A stretch of DNA of 63,115 nucleotides, filler included, from Craspedostauros australis (lineage: Eukaryota), in assembly GCA_030167865.1 (NCBI GenBank). It is 7 parts of 7 records of this genome, joined end to end, with 100 filler letters (N's around TTAATTAATTAA, not from the genome) between each part and the next. Parts side by side here need not be neighbours in the genome. Positions count along the whole stretch, not along the records: positions 23,337 to 46,459 come from JALAGF010002989.1; positions 46,560 to 54,357 come from JALAGF010002994.1; positions 54,458 to 58,597 come from JALAGF010003000.1; 4 more parts are not named here. The stretch is one strand, 5' to 3'. This document shows, piece by piece, positions 46,361 to 58,697 of this stretch. Under the pieces are notes generated by a model. It was not told where the DNA came from and searched no databases. It saw only the letters and a list, made by a program, of their open reading frames with translations. Each line of letters begins with the position of its first letter. Position 1 is the stretch's first letter. A program made the position numbers and the translations under genes.

Positions 46361-46559
46361 TCGCGATTTTCGACGGCTCGCTCGACGACGGGTCCTAGTG
46401 GGGCCCGTCTAGACGAGGGTAAAGCCCGTAGAGGCACGTAACGTAATCTCTGAGTTATTNNNNNNNNNNNNNNNNNNNNNNNNNNNNNNNNNNNNNNNNN
46501 NNNTTAATTAATTAANNNNNNNNNNNNNNNNNNNNNNNNNNNNNNNNNNNNNNNNNNNN

Positions 46560-47337
46560 ATGTTTATTCGGCCGTTTGGAAGTTGCAAAGTCTCTTCTGG
46601 AATCTCCCAACCTCAACGTCAACGTCCAAGACCGTCACGGCTTGGCCCCACTTCATATTGCATGCTTAAACGGCAAGACTGATCTTGGAAAGTCTCTTCT
46701 GGGGTCTTCCAACATCGACGTCAATATCCAAGACAGTGGCGGCTTCACCCCACTTCATATTGTATGTCAAAATGGTCACTTGAATGTTGTCAAGTATCTA
46801 CTGGAATCTTCCAGCGCCGACGTCAACGCACAAACCACCATCGGCGTCACCCCACTTCATGTTGCATGTCGCGTCGGTCACATGAATGTTGTCAAGTATC
46901 TACTGGAATCTTCCAGCGCCGACGTCAACGCACAAACCACCATCGGCGTCACCCCACTTCATGTTGCATGTGTCAGCGGTCACTTGAATGTTGTCAAGTA
47001 TCTTCTGGAATCTACCAACACTGATGTCAACGCACGAACGAACGCAGGCCTCACCCCACTTTATTTGGCATGTGGCAAGGGTCACTTGAATGTTGTGAAG
47101 CATCTTCTGAAAACTTCCAACGCTGATGTCAACATCCAAAGCAATGAAGGCGTCACCTCACTTCATATTGCATGTCGCAGCGGTCACTTGAATGTTGTCA
47201 AGCATCTGGTCGAGTTCGGCAATGCTGACATCAATGCGCTATGGCGCAACAACACACCTGCTCGTCTTGCTGCACGTCTTAGGCACGCTGAGATCGCTGA
47301 TTTCCTTTCGACTTGGCAGCAGGAGCATGGGGCGTAG
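46560..47337 (+). CDS. Ankyrin-repeat protein, 5'-truncated by contig end
   Basis: TPLHVAC..GHLNVVKYLLE repeats; near-identical 102-bp units start at about 46783 and 46885. Confidence 0.88.
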
Positions 47338-47946
47338 GTGCATAACACAGACTCAATGATGATGAATTTACCTAATACCAATGAGAAATACCAGGAGTAC
47401 TCTATGTTTCACAGTTTAGTCGTTACTGTATGTATAATGCCATAGAGATGTCTTCATGGCCATCAACTGACGGTACGGTCAAGTGCCAGTTTCCAATCGA
47501 TCAGCCGATCAACCAGCCAACCAACCAATCCAGTTGCCCAATACGACTAGACCTGTTGCGACTTAACAAACATCCTTTTCATGTGGAAGCATCACCGGAT
47601 CAACACCAGATACGTCTTGGACACAGCCTCGATAGATGGGACCTCAGTTGCATGCACGTACGTTCCCAAATCTCGCGCCACGACATCGATCACGCCATGG
47701 ATTTGTGTGAGAAGGTAGTGGCAGCTCGAAGATGTTTGAACTCGACTCGATTCAGCCATCGTCTGATTGATACTGACACAAGCAAGAGTTGTTCAAATGC
47801 TGTTCTATCTGTTGCCAAAAATGGGCGAGTGCTTCATGGGCAGTGCTCTGGCGACGATTGCTGAAGTATGCAGACTGGAGCAGAGTAATCAACTCCAATG
47901 CATGTACATTGCAGACGCGATTCCCCTTTGTTTTCGATGCAAGTAC

Positions 47947-50712
47947 CTACGCCAACCCACGGACCGGCACAGATCTAGATTCGCGAGACACCGTCTCTTC
48001 GTCATCATCGGTCGCATCAACGTCCTCAAGCACCGAAGTTGACATCTCAACGCCCAAATTGATCTTCCGCATCATCGCAGTGCTGGATCCTTCATCGAAG
48101 CGTGTTCTGGCCTTCAACGCCCTTGCCTTCTGGGCACGATGTGTGGATTCCATCCCCAACGTGCGATTGGAAGACCGAAGCTGCGCCACCTTCCCGTGGG
48201 CCCCCCAATCGGCATGCAGCCTCAGAGCCCTCTGTTTGTACCTCTCGATGGCCGCCTCGTGCTCTGCTTCAGTTTCGTACGCCGTGCATGCCGATGAAGA
48301 TGTCATCAGTAATGTCGCCAGTTGTTCATTGGCTATGGCTTCGAGATGCAACAACCCGCTGCGCCCAGCCGCGATGATGGCCTTCTGATATAGCCTCTCC
48401 GTGCGACCATCGATGGCTTTCAGCAGAATCAGAACCGAGAAGCCATTCACCGATCCGTCCTTCACGCTGTCCTGGAAGGGGTCTGGACGATCTTGCGTCC
48501 CGTTTGGAGGTATCGCCTGCGTTTGCTCAGCGACAGGTTGTAGGAACTATCATGCGCCAACAGGAGGCACGCGATCGCAGTGAACGTGGAGCGAAAGTGG
48601 ACGCGAGATATCATGGGCTCGTGCAATTGAATATCCAGGCTTTCATCGAGGTTGAATTCCATGGCCTTGCGGTCGTTGAAGACGGAAGCCAGCATGAGCC
48701 GGAATGCGCAGATGTCGCGCAAGGTTGAGCGATGCTAACTGGATCCCTTCATGGCATCCAGAACTTCACGCTCCTTCATCATATCGTCGTTGAGCGCCGC
48801 GGGATGCTGCGTCATGTTGAAGCTCTCGCCTTGGAGGTTGGAGATGGCTTGACGGAACATGGAAAACAGGACCTGCATGGACATGGGCAGGGAGAACTGG
48901 ACGGATGCTTTGTGGTAGTTCCCAGTGTCGGACTCCAGCAGTGCCAGACACAGCCCCAGGTTCATGTACGAGAAGCAGTAGACCATGGCCGTAATGAACG
49001 CCTTCTCCGTGTCTCCGATGGACAGCAGCACGCTGTATGCCCGCGACAACGGATCCAGGCTTTCGTGGAAGGAGTGATGCCAATGGAAAAGCGCACCATG
49101 GATCAGGGCAATGATGCGGCAGAGGTCGGGCGTCGTCTTGAGCTGCTTCGAGATGTCGATGGCCAAGCCGATCTGTTGCTTGGCTTCGGCGGACACTCTC
49201 TTCGCTCTCAATCGGATGGCAGGGAACATCACGGCCATGACGGTGAACTTTCTGAGACCGTGCCGAAAGGTGAGGGCAAGGATATGGGAGCAGCACAGAT
49301 GTGCCAGCTTCCAATTCATGCCTGGCATGCATGCGAAGATGAGGTTGGGCAGCAGTTTGCACGTCTTCCATGCCAATACATCTGACATCATGGCCGATAC
49401 TGAAGTGACGTCCTTCCAAGTTTTTCCTCGGCACAGCTTTTGCACCTTGCGCCGGGCGAAGAAATGCGACAGCCTTCCCGGTTGCCATTGCAACTTGATT
49501 CTGTACTTGGCGAGCATGGTGACGTAGCATTCTTGGGATTGGATGAAACCTCTCATGTGTCCCGTTGCGGCCGCCTGCGCCTTGAGCAATTCGGCGCGGT
49601 ACGTGTCGTCTCTGGTCCTGGCGTGCCGCATCACAACATGAATCGCAGCCTGGCTCTTCTCGTACTGGCCAAGGTAGTGTTCCGTTTCAGCCAATGTCGA
49701 GTAGAGCTCCAGCAGCAGCCTGGCTTGCGCAGGATCCTTCCACGATCCAGGCCCCTCCGTCTTCGATATGCCCACGCGAAGCAGCTCCGTTGCAGGGTAG
49801 AAGGCAGACTTGGAGATGCTGAGGTTGGCAGCACGCAGATCGAGCTGGCCCAGAAAGTTCTTTGGCACCGAGGCGCTCGTGTGGGGGCAGGCGGATGATG
49901 ATCGCACCGCATTCATTTGCAAGGCCGCCAGGTAGATCAACCACTCCGTGTCTCCATGCTGGATGGAAATGAGCCACATCAGCATACCAAGTCGCATGTG
50001 CAGCTGGCACCGGTCGATGGGTGGCAGAATGCTATCGTAGGCGGTGGTGCGGAATTTGTCGTGCGACCAGGTGTAGTACTGCGATCGTTGCCGTCTGGGT
50101 TCCGATTGGTCGCCGATGGCTGGATGGCGCAGGATGCCCGCGCCGATGGCGTTCGACAGAGCCTCATCCAGCTGCAACGCAGGCAATTGAAGTTCGTCGA
50201 TGATCTGGGCGTCCGCAAAGAACTCCCGCAGGACGAAGGGTGGCACCTCGCTGCCAAGGCACGATGGAACCAACACGGCCGCCTGCGTCTCCAGTGAGAC
50301 GTTGCGGAAGGTGGTCTTGCGCATCTGATCCGCCAGCTCATCCGAGACGATCGGTGGCGCTGCATCGATCTCCTGCGGTGAGAGACACTTCTATGTGCCG
50401 TCATGGACCGAGTCGAAGTACAGGAACCGCTGTTCCTGCAGGAGCTGGAGGTAGATGGAGATATCGAATGGATTTCCCACTGTCTTGGCGTGTATGACCT
50501 TTGAGATAGCGAGTGTATGCGACGAAGTCTTCTGCACCAGTCCTGAAAAGAGCTGGTTGACGTCGTCCTCGCGGAGGTTGGCTATCTCCAGAGTGGTGCT
50601 TTCGAGCCGTTCGGTAACCTCCGCGATGGGGTGATCTGTTGGAGCAATGCCATCCACTGACGCAGGGTCCCGGAAGGACATGACAAGCAAGAGACTGTTG
50701 ATGGGGATGAAG
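47947..50712 (-). pseudogene. Pseudogene fragment of a STAND/AAA-ATPase signalling protein (COG3899-like C-terminal part)
   Basis: Family motifs KTVGNPF, WSHDKFRTTAY, LHMRLG, GDTEKAF, W.AHGKV. In-frame TAG at 50391-50393 and 48735-48737, frameshift in a C-run near 48480, no N-terminal P-loop. Confidence 0.75.
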
Positions 50713-50804
50713 TCTCATTTGTGACATTGCGGACTGTTCGCGAAGGACGTGGTCGCACTGTTCACCTAATAGAGCTAAATAGTATCCATCTCAGTGAAGA
50801 CAAC

Positions 50805-51924
50805 TGTTGGAAATCCGGGGTAACCCAGCCTTATTAGTTGTATCTGTATACCTATTCCTGTTGTTGCATTCTTGGAACTGTGAGCATAACATCTTCATCT
50901 CTTTCAATTCCATTTGCCATTCTATGTAAAATCCACAGTAGCATTGTGAGATACTGCTGTGTTCATCATGTCATGCAGCATGTACTTCATGTACATCTCA
51001 TCATGCATCTCTTCATGCACTTCATCATATAATTCAGTAGCTTCATTTCGCTCTACATTCATGCAGCACAAGTCCGCAGTCATGCATTCATCTCATCACA
51101 TGTTTTGTCTCAAATCTGTCGAGATATACATGTGTGTATATGTCAAGATGTACGTGTATATGTGCATCGGTCACCCATTTTTCTCTTATACATGTTCGGA
51201 CGGTACAACTACATTCGTGTAGATAGTATTCTGTGATTTGTCAGAATCACAGTGGAAATGGAACACACGAAAATGAGCAGAATTTCTGGAGGAAATTTGC
51301 AATCAGCGATTTCTGAGAGAATCAGGAACATCGTCCATCCATCCATCAATGGAGACGTATGGTACCAAGCAAATTTTGAGGTACCTCCCAACTAAACCTC
51401 AGATGACAATATCATCTGACAGACCATTGCATCATGGATGGAACGTGGTATCTGGAGAGCAGAAGGACACCTACTGACGTCAACAGGATGTCATCATGTC
51501 ACCACGTCGACATCTGTCTCCATGTCAGAAGCAGAAGGTGAAGATTCGATGACCGAAGAGCATCAAGATCATGGATGCACGAAGAGAAGTTCAAGTGGAA
51601 AGTACTCATGGAGTAGGAACCAGTAGTGAATGAATGGAGTGTCGAATGCAGAGTACGCATCAAATACAGAGTATTGTGTAACACACACACACACGCAACA
51701 TTGGAGAGAGAGAGAATACGACAGTAGTGAGAGATCATCTTGCGTACTGGCTCAAGTCGGAGACCCAATCTACAAAACAGACAGACGTGCCAAGAGCATC
51801 GGGCAAGAGAACAGAGACACTGAGAGGATCAGAGTGCTCATGTAATGAAATAGCAAACAGAATGACTATCAACCAACACTGTCTTCCACGATTGCAAGTT
51901 ATCCATCTACAGAACTTGCCAACA
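50805..51924 (+). mobile_element. Possible LTR (TGTTGG...CCAACA termini) enclosing a second LTR
   Basis: 6-bp inverted termini; AT/CA/TG-rich and CpG-poor. Flanks ACAAC and ACCAT do not form a perfect TSD. Confidence 0.4.
51117..51871 (+). mobile_element. Solo Copia LTR of the same family as 58698-59429
   Basis: Starts TGTCGAGA exactly like the PPT-adjacent LTR at 59429 and is collinear with the reverse complement of 58698-59429 over ~740 bp. 3' end approximate. Confidence 0.8.
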
Positions 51925-52262
51925 ACCATCTATCCTTCATCAGGCTCATGGGTATGCCAACAAAAATAAGATTTTGTCAGTATCTGTACAGGAGGATGTG
52001 TGTGTGTGTGTGTGCTAATGATGGGTTTATGGGAGGAGACTGTCTCCGTTGTCACTCTTCAGAGGCGGAGGCTGCGGACGTATGCCAACAGATATCATAT
52101 CTCTTGAACCCACGCCTTCTATGAAGCTCAAAGTCTCCAGTTGTAGGTTTTAGAAGGTAAAGAATACGTCTTTGTGATTTATTTTGTTTTTAGAGACAAC
52201 AGACCTCGAGCTCCTCAAGAGGTCTCTCGATGGGGCATATGAGATTTGTCTGCAACAGAGTC

Positions 52263-54357
52263 TTATGTGATATTGGGTGCGCACTTCCTCCCATCCAAGC
52301 AACAATGCGTGCAGCATGTACACGTCGAATTGCTGGACTGGCAGTCGGATTGGAACATGTCCCAAACAATGCCAATTTCGCACATGGCTTCCGCGTTCGT
52401 CAGTCCGGTGCCTTCGATCATCAAGGTTTGCAGCGTGCGGATCGTGTTCATTTGCGTTGGAATGCGACCATTCAACCCTGCGTTCCGGGACAAGCGCAGT
52501 TCGCGAAGGACCTGGAGATTACCGAATTCCGTAGGTATCATTCCACCCAGCTGATTGGATCCAACTCGGAAGACTTCGAGGTTGGTAAGTTCGCCCAGAC
52601 GCGATGGTATCCTTCCTCCGAGCCTGTTGGATTCAAAGTCCAACGTACGAAGGGATTCCAGCATGTCGAGCCCTGATGGTATCGCTCCAGACAGGTTGTT
52701 CGCCACAAGCGAAATGGAGCGCACACGCCCCATATCGTCGCAGGACAGCACTGGGACCTGCGAGATGGGATTGTCGAGTCGGCCCCATTCGCAAACAGAG
52801 GTCGTCACATCCAGGAAATTGTATTGGTCGAACCATCTATCAACGTGCAATGTGAAAGCGAAAAGAACAAGGACATACCGTTCCTTGATCAGCTCTTCTT
52901 CGGTTTGCAACGTGATCCATTCATCCCAAGCAACCAACCAATCCAAAGCGTCGATTTCGTAAGGGCCGGTGAAGGAAGAGTTGGGAGTGGCATTCTTTAC
53001 AACGCGCTCGATCTTCTGCGCGATCAAGATGTCATCGGTTACCGTTGGCCTCGACGATTCTGTCGCGGTTGGTTGCATTGTCGGGGACTGGCTGAATATA
53101 TTGGAAGGAGATGGCGAAGGCAAGTCCGAGGGCGCGGAAGACGGATTGTCGGACGGAGCAGCGGATGAAGCTGATGGTTGCGCCGTGGTCGGCGCCGGTG
53201 TTGGCATTGCAGTGATCGCACCAACTGCAGCAGATGACGCTGATCCTCCGCTCGATGCGGAGCCAACGACGCCACCGATGATAGCGCCAACAACGATGAC
53301 CACGCAGATCGATGCGACGATGAGGTAGGTAGTGGTTCGTGACTTCTTGCTGTCTTGTGCAACATCTGCCACCACAGCATCTTCGAGAAGGGTCCGTTTT
53401 GTCCGCTCTGCACCTATTCGCCTGGCCTCTTCGATCGCCGCGGTGTTCAGATCACCATCTTCATCGGAGGACATGTCGATCAAGGTTGCGGCAATTGTGT
53501 CCGAATGTACGGATTCTATGTCGACGGGCGTGGCCTGAGACGCTTCGGCATCTGCAGATTCAGCTTCCAATTCCAACAAGGCATCTGGGCGTTCCGTGTA
53601 TGTCCCGCCTGCCCCTTGGATAACCCGAATGGCTCCAGGGCGCTCGTCGAGCTGTTTCACACCTCGTCGGTCTCGTGACGATCTCACTAATGATGTGGGT
53701 GGTGGAACCGTCGAAGCGGAGGTACTGTTCAACGGTGCGCCGTCGCTTGTGGCCGGGGCGAGGTTCGATGCAGTGAGCGTGCTGTCTCGGTTGGCATAAA
53801 CATCGTCTTCATCCGTTTGCGTGAATGCCGCGATGTCACGCCTTCCTTCATCCACACCAGTGTGAATTTGATCCTGTTCCTGCTGCTGTTGCGCGGTACT
53901 CGTCTGCGTATTTTGGTCTTTGAACGCATCTGCCTCATTCTGCTTGATAACATTCATGACCATGTCCACCAAAGCAGCATCTCTCTCTGGTTGGGCTGTG
54001 CCAACTGCGTCCCTCAGAGCCACATCTGCGGTTGCGCGCGGAGAGATCATTTCTGAAGCGTTTGAAGTGGACGCAACCTGCCTGCGACGGAGTGGTTGAG
54101 TAAGGGGGATCGCCTTTGATTTCGCTTTCACTTTTTTGTCATCGGTGACAGAATCGCTATTCATCAGGCCCTCATTTTCATTTCCACTTTTACGGTACAG
54201 GTATGTTTGTGACTTGGTGTGAACGACTCTGTCGCTAATCTCGGTGTCGAGGTCGCCGAGACGGTTCGAAACATCCAAGTAGTCGATCACCTGGTGTCGC
54301 TGTTTGAGCATTCCGTCTTGGATGACATCTGGAACATCGTCCGTGTCATTGTCATTG
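52263..54357 (-). CDS. Single-pass membrane leucine-rich-repeat protein (diatom type), 5'-truncated
   Basis: Disordered N-terminus with PGA motif, TM YLIVASICVVIVVGAIIGGVVG, Pro/Ser/Thr stalk, ALDWL..ERYVL..CEW cap, LRRs (NNLSGAIPS, NRLGGRIPS, NQLGGMIPT), Cys-rich end DC..CTCCTHCC. The frame is open to the contig end. Confidence 0.88.
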
Positions 54358-54457
54358 NNNNNNNNNNNNNNNNNNNNNNNNNNNNNNNNNNNNNNNNNNN
54401 NTTAATTAATTAANNNNNNNNNNNNNNNNNNNNNNNNNNNNNNNNNNNNNNNNNNNN

Positions 54458-56457
54458 TTGCTCTCTTGCCAGGTGATTGAATGCAATCCAAGTATTGACG
54501 CGCATGATGTCGAACAAGTGGAACATGAGGGGCATCCATACCCTCTGAGCCCTCAAGCCAGGGCGATAGTATGCAATGAGTTGGTCGCACTTGTCAACTC
54601 CAAGCATCCAATGATTGTAGTCATCAATCATCTTCGGAATTCGGATGTGTGCAGAGTACTTGCTCCCCCAGATCATCTCCAAGTGCCCTGCATTCACCTT
54701 GTTCTTTCTTGGCTTGTGGCGATTGCAAAGGACTGACTCGTTCCCATGGTGCACCGTACTTACCATCAACACCACATTGTTGTCAATCCACCTGGCCACC
54801 ACGTACTGATTGTTCTCAATCCAGACATAGAGTGAGTTGAAGCGCATGTCCTCAACCTCCTTCACCTCTGTGCTGGGGAATCCATTCCTCCTCCTTGCAG
54901 TGCCAACAACTCCAATGCCCATCTCTCTTGACTTCACCATGACTGTCTTGGTTGTAAAGAGGTTGTCCATTGCAACGACATGGTGATTCATTGGGTCCAA
55001 TGTCTTCATGAGCTCCTCCACAGTGTTGTTGATTTTTGTTGTGGTGTCCAGACGTCCTGCAGGCAGTACATGATATCCAAATCCAGTCTTCGAGCAGCAC
55101 AGAGCATAGAATTTGTACCCCTCTTTGATGGGTTTCTGCTTCATCCNAGTGGTCTGCCTGGACCTGCCCTTGAATCTCACCATCATCTCATCGATTGCAC
55201 AGGCAAAGCCTGGCTTGATGCAGATACTCTTTGACACCTGGTTGACGTGGTCAAGCAGTGGTTGGATCTTGTGATACCAGCTTCTGTTGGTGTCAACAAT
55301 TGGTGTAGGAGGAGTGGGGGGCTGTGTGTGCAGGGTTTGGTTGCTGCCTGTGCATGTGGAGTGGCTCAAAGTTGCAGACCAACTTGATGGAGAGCAGCTG
55401 CTGGCCGTTGCACTCATGAGAGATTCATATCGGCTCTGGATGAGATCGTCTTCGCTATCACTGATATCCTCATCTTCTGAGTCAGTGGCATTGGTTGTAT
55501 CAGAAGCAACTGCATTCCTCACAGCTGAGAAGTGAATGTGGTTCCACAAACTTCATATCTTGCTCGTGTCATGTACTTTGTGAGCAGGTGGGATGGTACA
55601 CCAATGGACGGGGCGCGCCAATAATCCCGCTTGGCTGGTGCCTTGAAGACTCCCATGTAGTAGTAGATTGCAAGGAAGAGGTAGATCTCCTTCACTGAAA
55701 CGAAGCTGGCCGTGGATCCACTGTTGAAGATATGGTTGTTGGTGTGGACTTGCATGGACTTGATGAGTTGCCGTGAGAAGTAGACCTCCAGGATGGTATC
55801 AACTGATGGGTTGAAACCTCCAACTGACCGGAAGAGTGGCTTGTGGGAACTGATGGGGAGTGATGCATAGGCAACATTGTTGTTGGCTCCATGCACAGGA
55901 ATGGCTGTGCCATCCACAGCAGTTGCTCCATCAGGAGCCATGGCAACACCAGTCGAAGTGGTGCAGTCTGCATCCATTGCTCCATTGTTGTTGGTCGTGC
56001 CATCATTGCTGGCCGTGCCATTGCTGCTGGCTGTGCTATTGTTGCTGGCTGTGCCATCATTGCTGGCCATGCCATCGTTGCTGTTGTTGGTTGCAATCAG
56101 GCCACTCCTCTCGTTTTTTCTTCCGCACCTCAACGCAAGTTTGCGTTTGAGGCGCTCGATAATGCGACTGCTGCGCCTGTTGCTTTCGATTATGCTTGCA
56201 GTGCTGCTGGCAGTGGTGGTACCAGCCACACTGATGCAGGCACTGTTGCCATTGCATACTCCCTTGCTGCTTGCAATTGGTGCTCCTGCGGAACGGTCTC
56301 CTGTCACTCCATTGGTAGCATGAAGGGATTTTCTCTGATTGCTGTTGAGGAATACCACAAAGGGTTTGGCGCAATTGTAGCTTGCCGCGCCATTGGAAGA
56401 AGGCTTGGATACTTTGGCACGCTTGGATGTGGGAGAAGCCGGAGATGATGCAGGCAT
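54458..56457 (-). mobile_element. Decayed piggyBac-type (PGBD, DDD) transposase
   Basis: EIYLFLAIYYYMG..DYW, IDEMMVRFKGR, KPIKEGYK, MDNLFT, GTARR, WIDNNVVLMVST, YNHWMLGVDKCDQL. Frameshift near 55548; 3' end cut by contig end. Confidence 0.9.
55985..56085 (-). repeat. Degenerate 18-bp repeat encoding SNDGTA-like units in the transposase N-terminus
   Basis: SNDGMA SNDGTA SNNSTA SSNGTA SNDGTT. Confidence 0.7.
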
Positions 56458-57467
56458 GGCCGCGGGTGCATGAGATCGGCTGTGCTTGTGTTGTGATGGG
56501 CGATCGATGATGTGGAATGGTTGGAATTGAAATTGAAATTGTGTGATCACCAATCGCGATGATCTCTTCGACGGTGAGAAGAACCAATCAAAGAGATTGC
56601 GCACAACGAAGAATGATCCATGAGCGATGGGCCATGGAGATCATCAGCGAAGCAATGTGCTGGGAGGCATCCATGGAGCTGTATGAACATGCATGCCAAG
56701 TGATGCATGCAAAAACAGCGATCGAGTTGAGAGATGTGAGCACCAAGAAATCATTGATGTGTCACGAAAATCAGCGAGGATGGCCTCGCTGATGAGTTTT
56801 CCCATCAGTCCCGTCGCCGAAAAAACGATTCACGAGTACTTCGGAGGACGATGGCGACCCGACCACAGTAAGAAGACCCCTGATTCAGGAAGATCAGAAG
56901 CGCCAACTCCCAAGGATTCCGTTGGTACAAGAAAAGTGGAGGGGTACATGTAAAAGTTGCGGTCAAAAACGGAATGGGGTGAGAATGAAATTTATATTGG
57001 ATCGAAGTAATCCCCTAGGTCATGAAGGGATAGTTCCCAAGGTGAGATGTGAGTCAGGTCGGTCATGTTTGAGTCATGATGGATTCGTGAATGGAAGAGA
57101 GAAAGAAAGGGGGAAAAGATTTGGTGGTCGATCAAGCCGGAAGATTTCGCGCCAAAACAGGAATTTCTCCCATCGGGTTGATACCGTGTCTGGTAATAGT
57201 CTGTCCCTTATTGAATCTCAACTACCCTCAATGAAATCAATATTTATTATGCCGCAACCCCTCGGAAGCACCCAGATCCATGAAATCCGGGTCACCCATG
57301 GAACAATGCTGTCGCGTTTGTCTGCAATTTTGACTGGGTATGTCTACTGTACCTTTCAATGATTGCGTTATACAAAATGATGACATATCTAGAGTATTCT
57401 ACTACTCCAGTAGTTCCAAAAATTCTCTCTGCCTCCATCTGAGGCATCTACTCAACAGGCCTCCTCA

Positions 57468-58597
57468 TCACACCGACCCGTCGCTCAAGACGGAGATATC
57501 ATCATCCTCCGTGCACGTGTACGTATCTTTCTTCGACGAGACGTCTCCAACTTGCCCTGTACTCGCGGCACCAGGTATGAGGGGTGTCATCGAAGTGACG
57601 ATCCCAGTCTCTGCTCCAATGGTATCATCCGATGCTTGCTTCCTGCCATCGAAGCTGATGGTTGGGATGTGCGTTGCAGTGATTAGCTTAGCCTTTGACT
57701 TCGCGAGCTCCTTGAGGTCGAGGTACTTCAGATGGCGCGACTTGATGTCGTCGACTTTGGCCTTGCAACTCCATCGGTTGTAATGAATGACCGCATCCGT
57801 GAAGTACGTGCCGATCATCTCTTCCTCGCCCATTCGGAGAAAAGCTTCACCAGCTAGTTCCGAAGCAAGCGCCACGTCGTGGATGCAACCTGCCTTGCTG
57901 GCGACAGCGATCGCAAGGTCGTAGGATTGCTTTATTGCGATCTTGTGGCTTGAGGTGGCAGCCTTGAGTTGCGCCGTTAGCATGAGACTGTGGTGGAGGC
58001 AGTTCGATCCTCTGTGGCGCACCAGACTCTTCAGTTCCCGCATGTTGTGTTGGAGCCTTCTCAGGTACTTCTTCTTCTTCGTACTTCTGTAACAGCCCGC
58101 TGCTGCAAGGCCGGAAAACAGCAGACGAGGAACGAGTATGCTGTAAGACGGTCTCTCTTGATGAACTTTCTCGAACCTTTCAGCGAGCTCGCTGGCGATG
58201 GTGTACCGTTGAAAGTAGACGGCCAGACGGAGTCTGAGGGAATACCCACCTGTCAAGAAGTAGATGTCATTGGAAGCTTCATAGCTCATCGATTGCGAGC
58301 CGAAGTTTTGGACCTCGACCCAATCGATAGGTGCCTCACCAGCCAAGTTTCTCATCACTGGTAGTTGCACCTCAGAGACCCTTTGCATTGATAGGATGTG
58401 GTACTGTTTTGTCTGATCGAGGATGGCACGCTGCGATTGGATGAGACTTCCGAGGTCGTGTCCAACGGCAATGCCAAGATCAATGCGGGAGGACCAATTC
58501 ATGGCGGCAATCTCAACGTCACCAACCTGCATGGCCGATCTATATCCAGTCTCCAGATCCTTGAAATGCTCGTGGTGAGGTCTACTCCATGAGAAAA
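57468..58597 (-). CDS. C-terminal part of a second STAND/AAA-ATPase (COG3899-like) family gene, 5'-truncated
   Basis: GYRSAMQVGDVEIA, FSGLAA, YDLAI..A...G.IHDVALASELAG, Y.RW..KAKV. Homologous to 47947-49100. The frame is open to the contig end. Confidence 0.75.
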
Positions 58598-58697
58598 NNN
58601 NNNNNNNNNNNNNNNNNNNNNNNNNNNNNNNNNNNNNNNNNTTAATTAATTAANNNNNNNNNNNNNNNNNNNNNNNNNNNNNNNNNNNNNNNNNNNN

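Larger units (their letters stand above)
37941..46459 (+). mobile_element. Apparently intact two-ORF non-LTR retrotransposon (LINE), Ambal-like
   Basis: Uninterrupted ORF1 and ORF2 with a complete domain set. The 5' boundary is approximate. The 3' end runs into a contig end, so no tail or TSD is visible. Confidence 0.9.

Noticed and set aside
46381..46450. Hammerhead or twister ribozyme in the LINE 3' UTR
   Set aside because: No CUGANGA/GAAA core, and the GGGT-AAA-GCCC loop is too short for a twister pseudoknot; kept only as hairpins.
35285..47337. LINE apparently inserted between two ankyrin genes as one locus
   Set aside because: The second ankyrin gene lies beyond an artificial linker, so adjacency is unproven.
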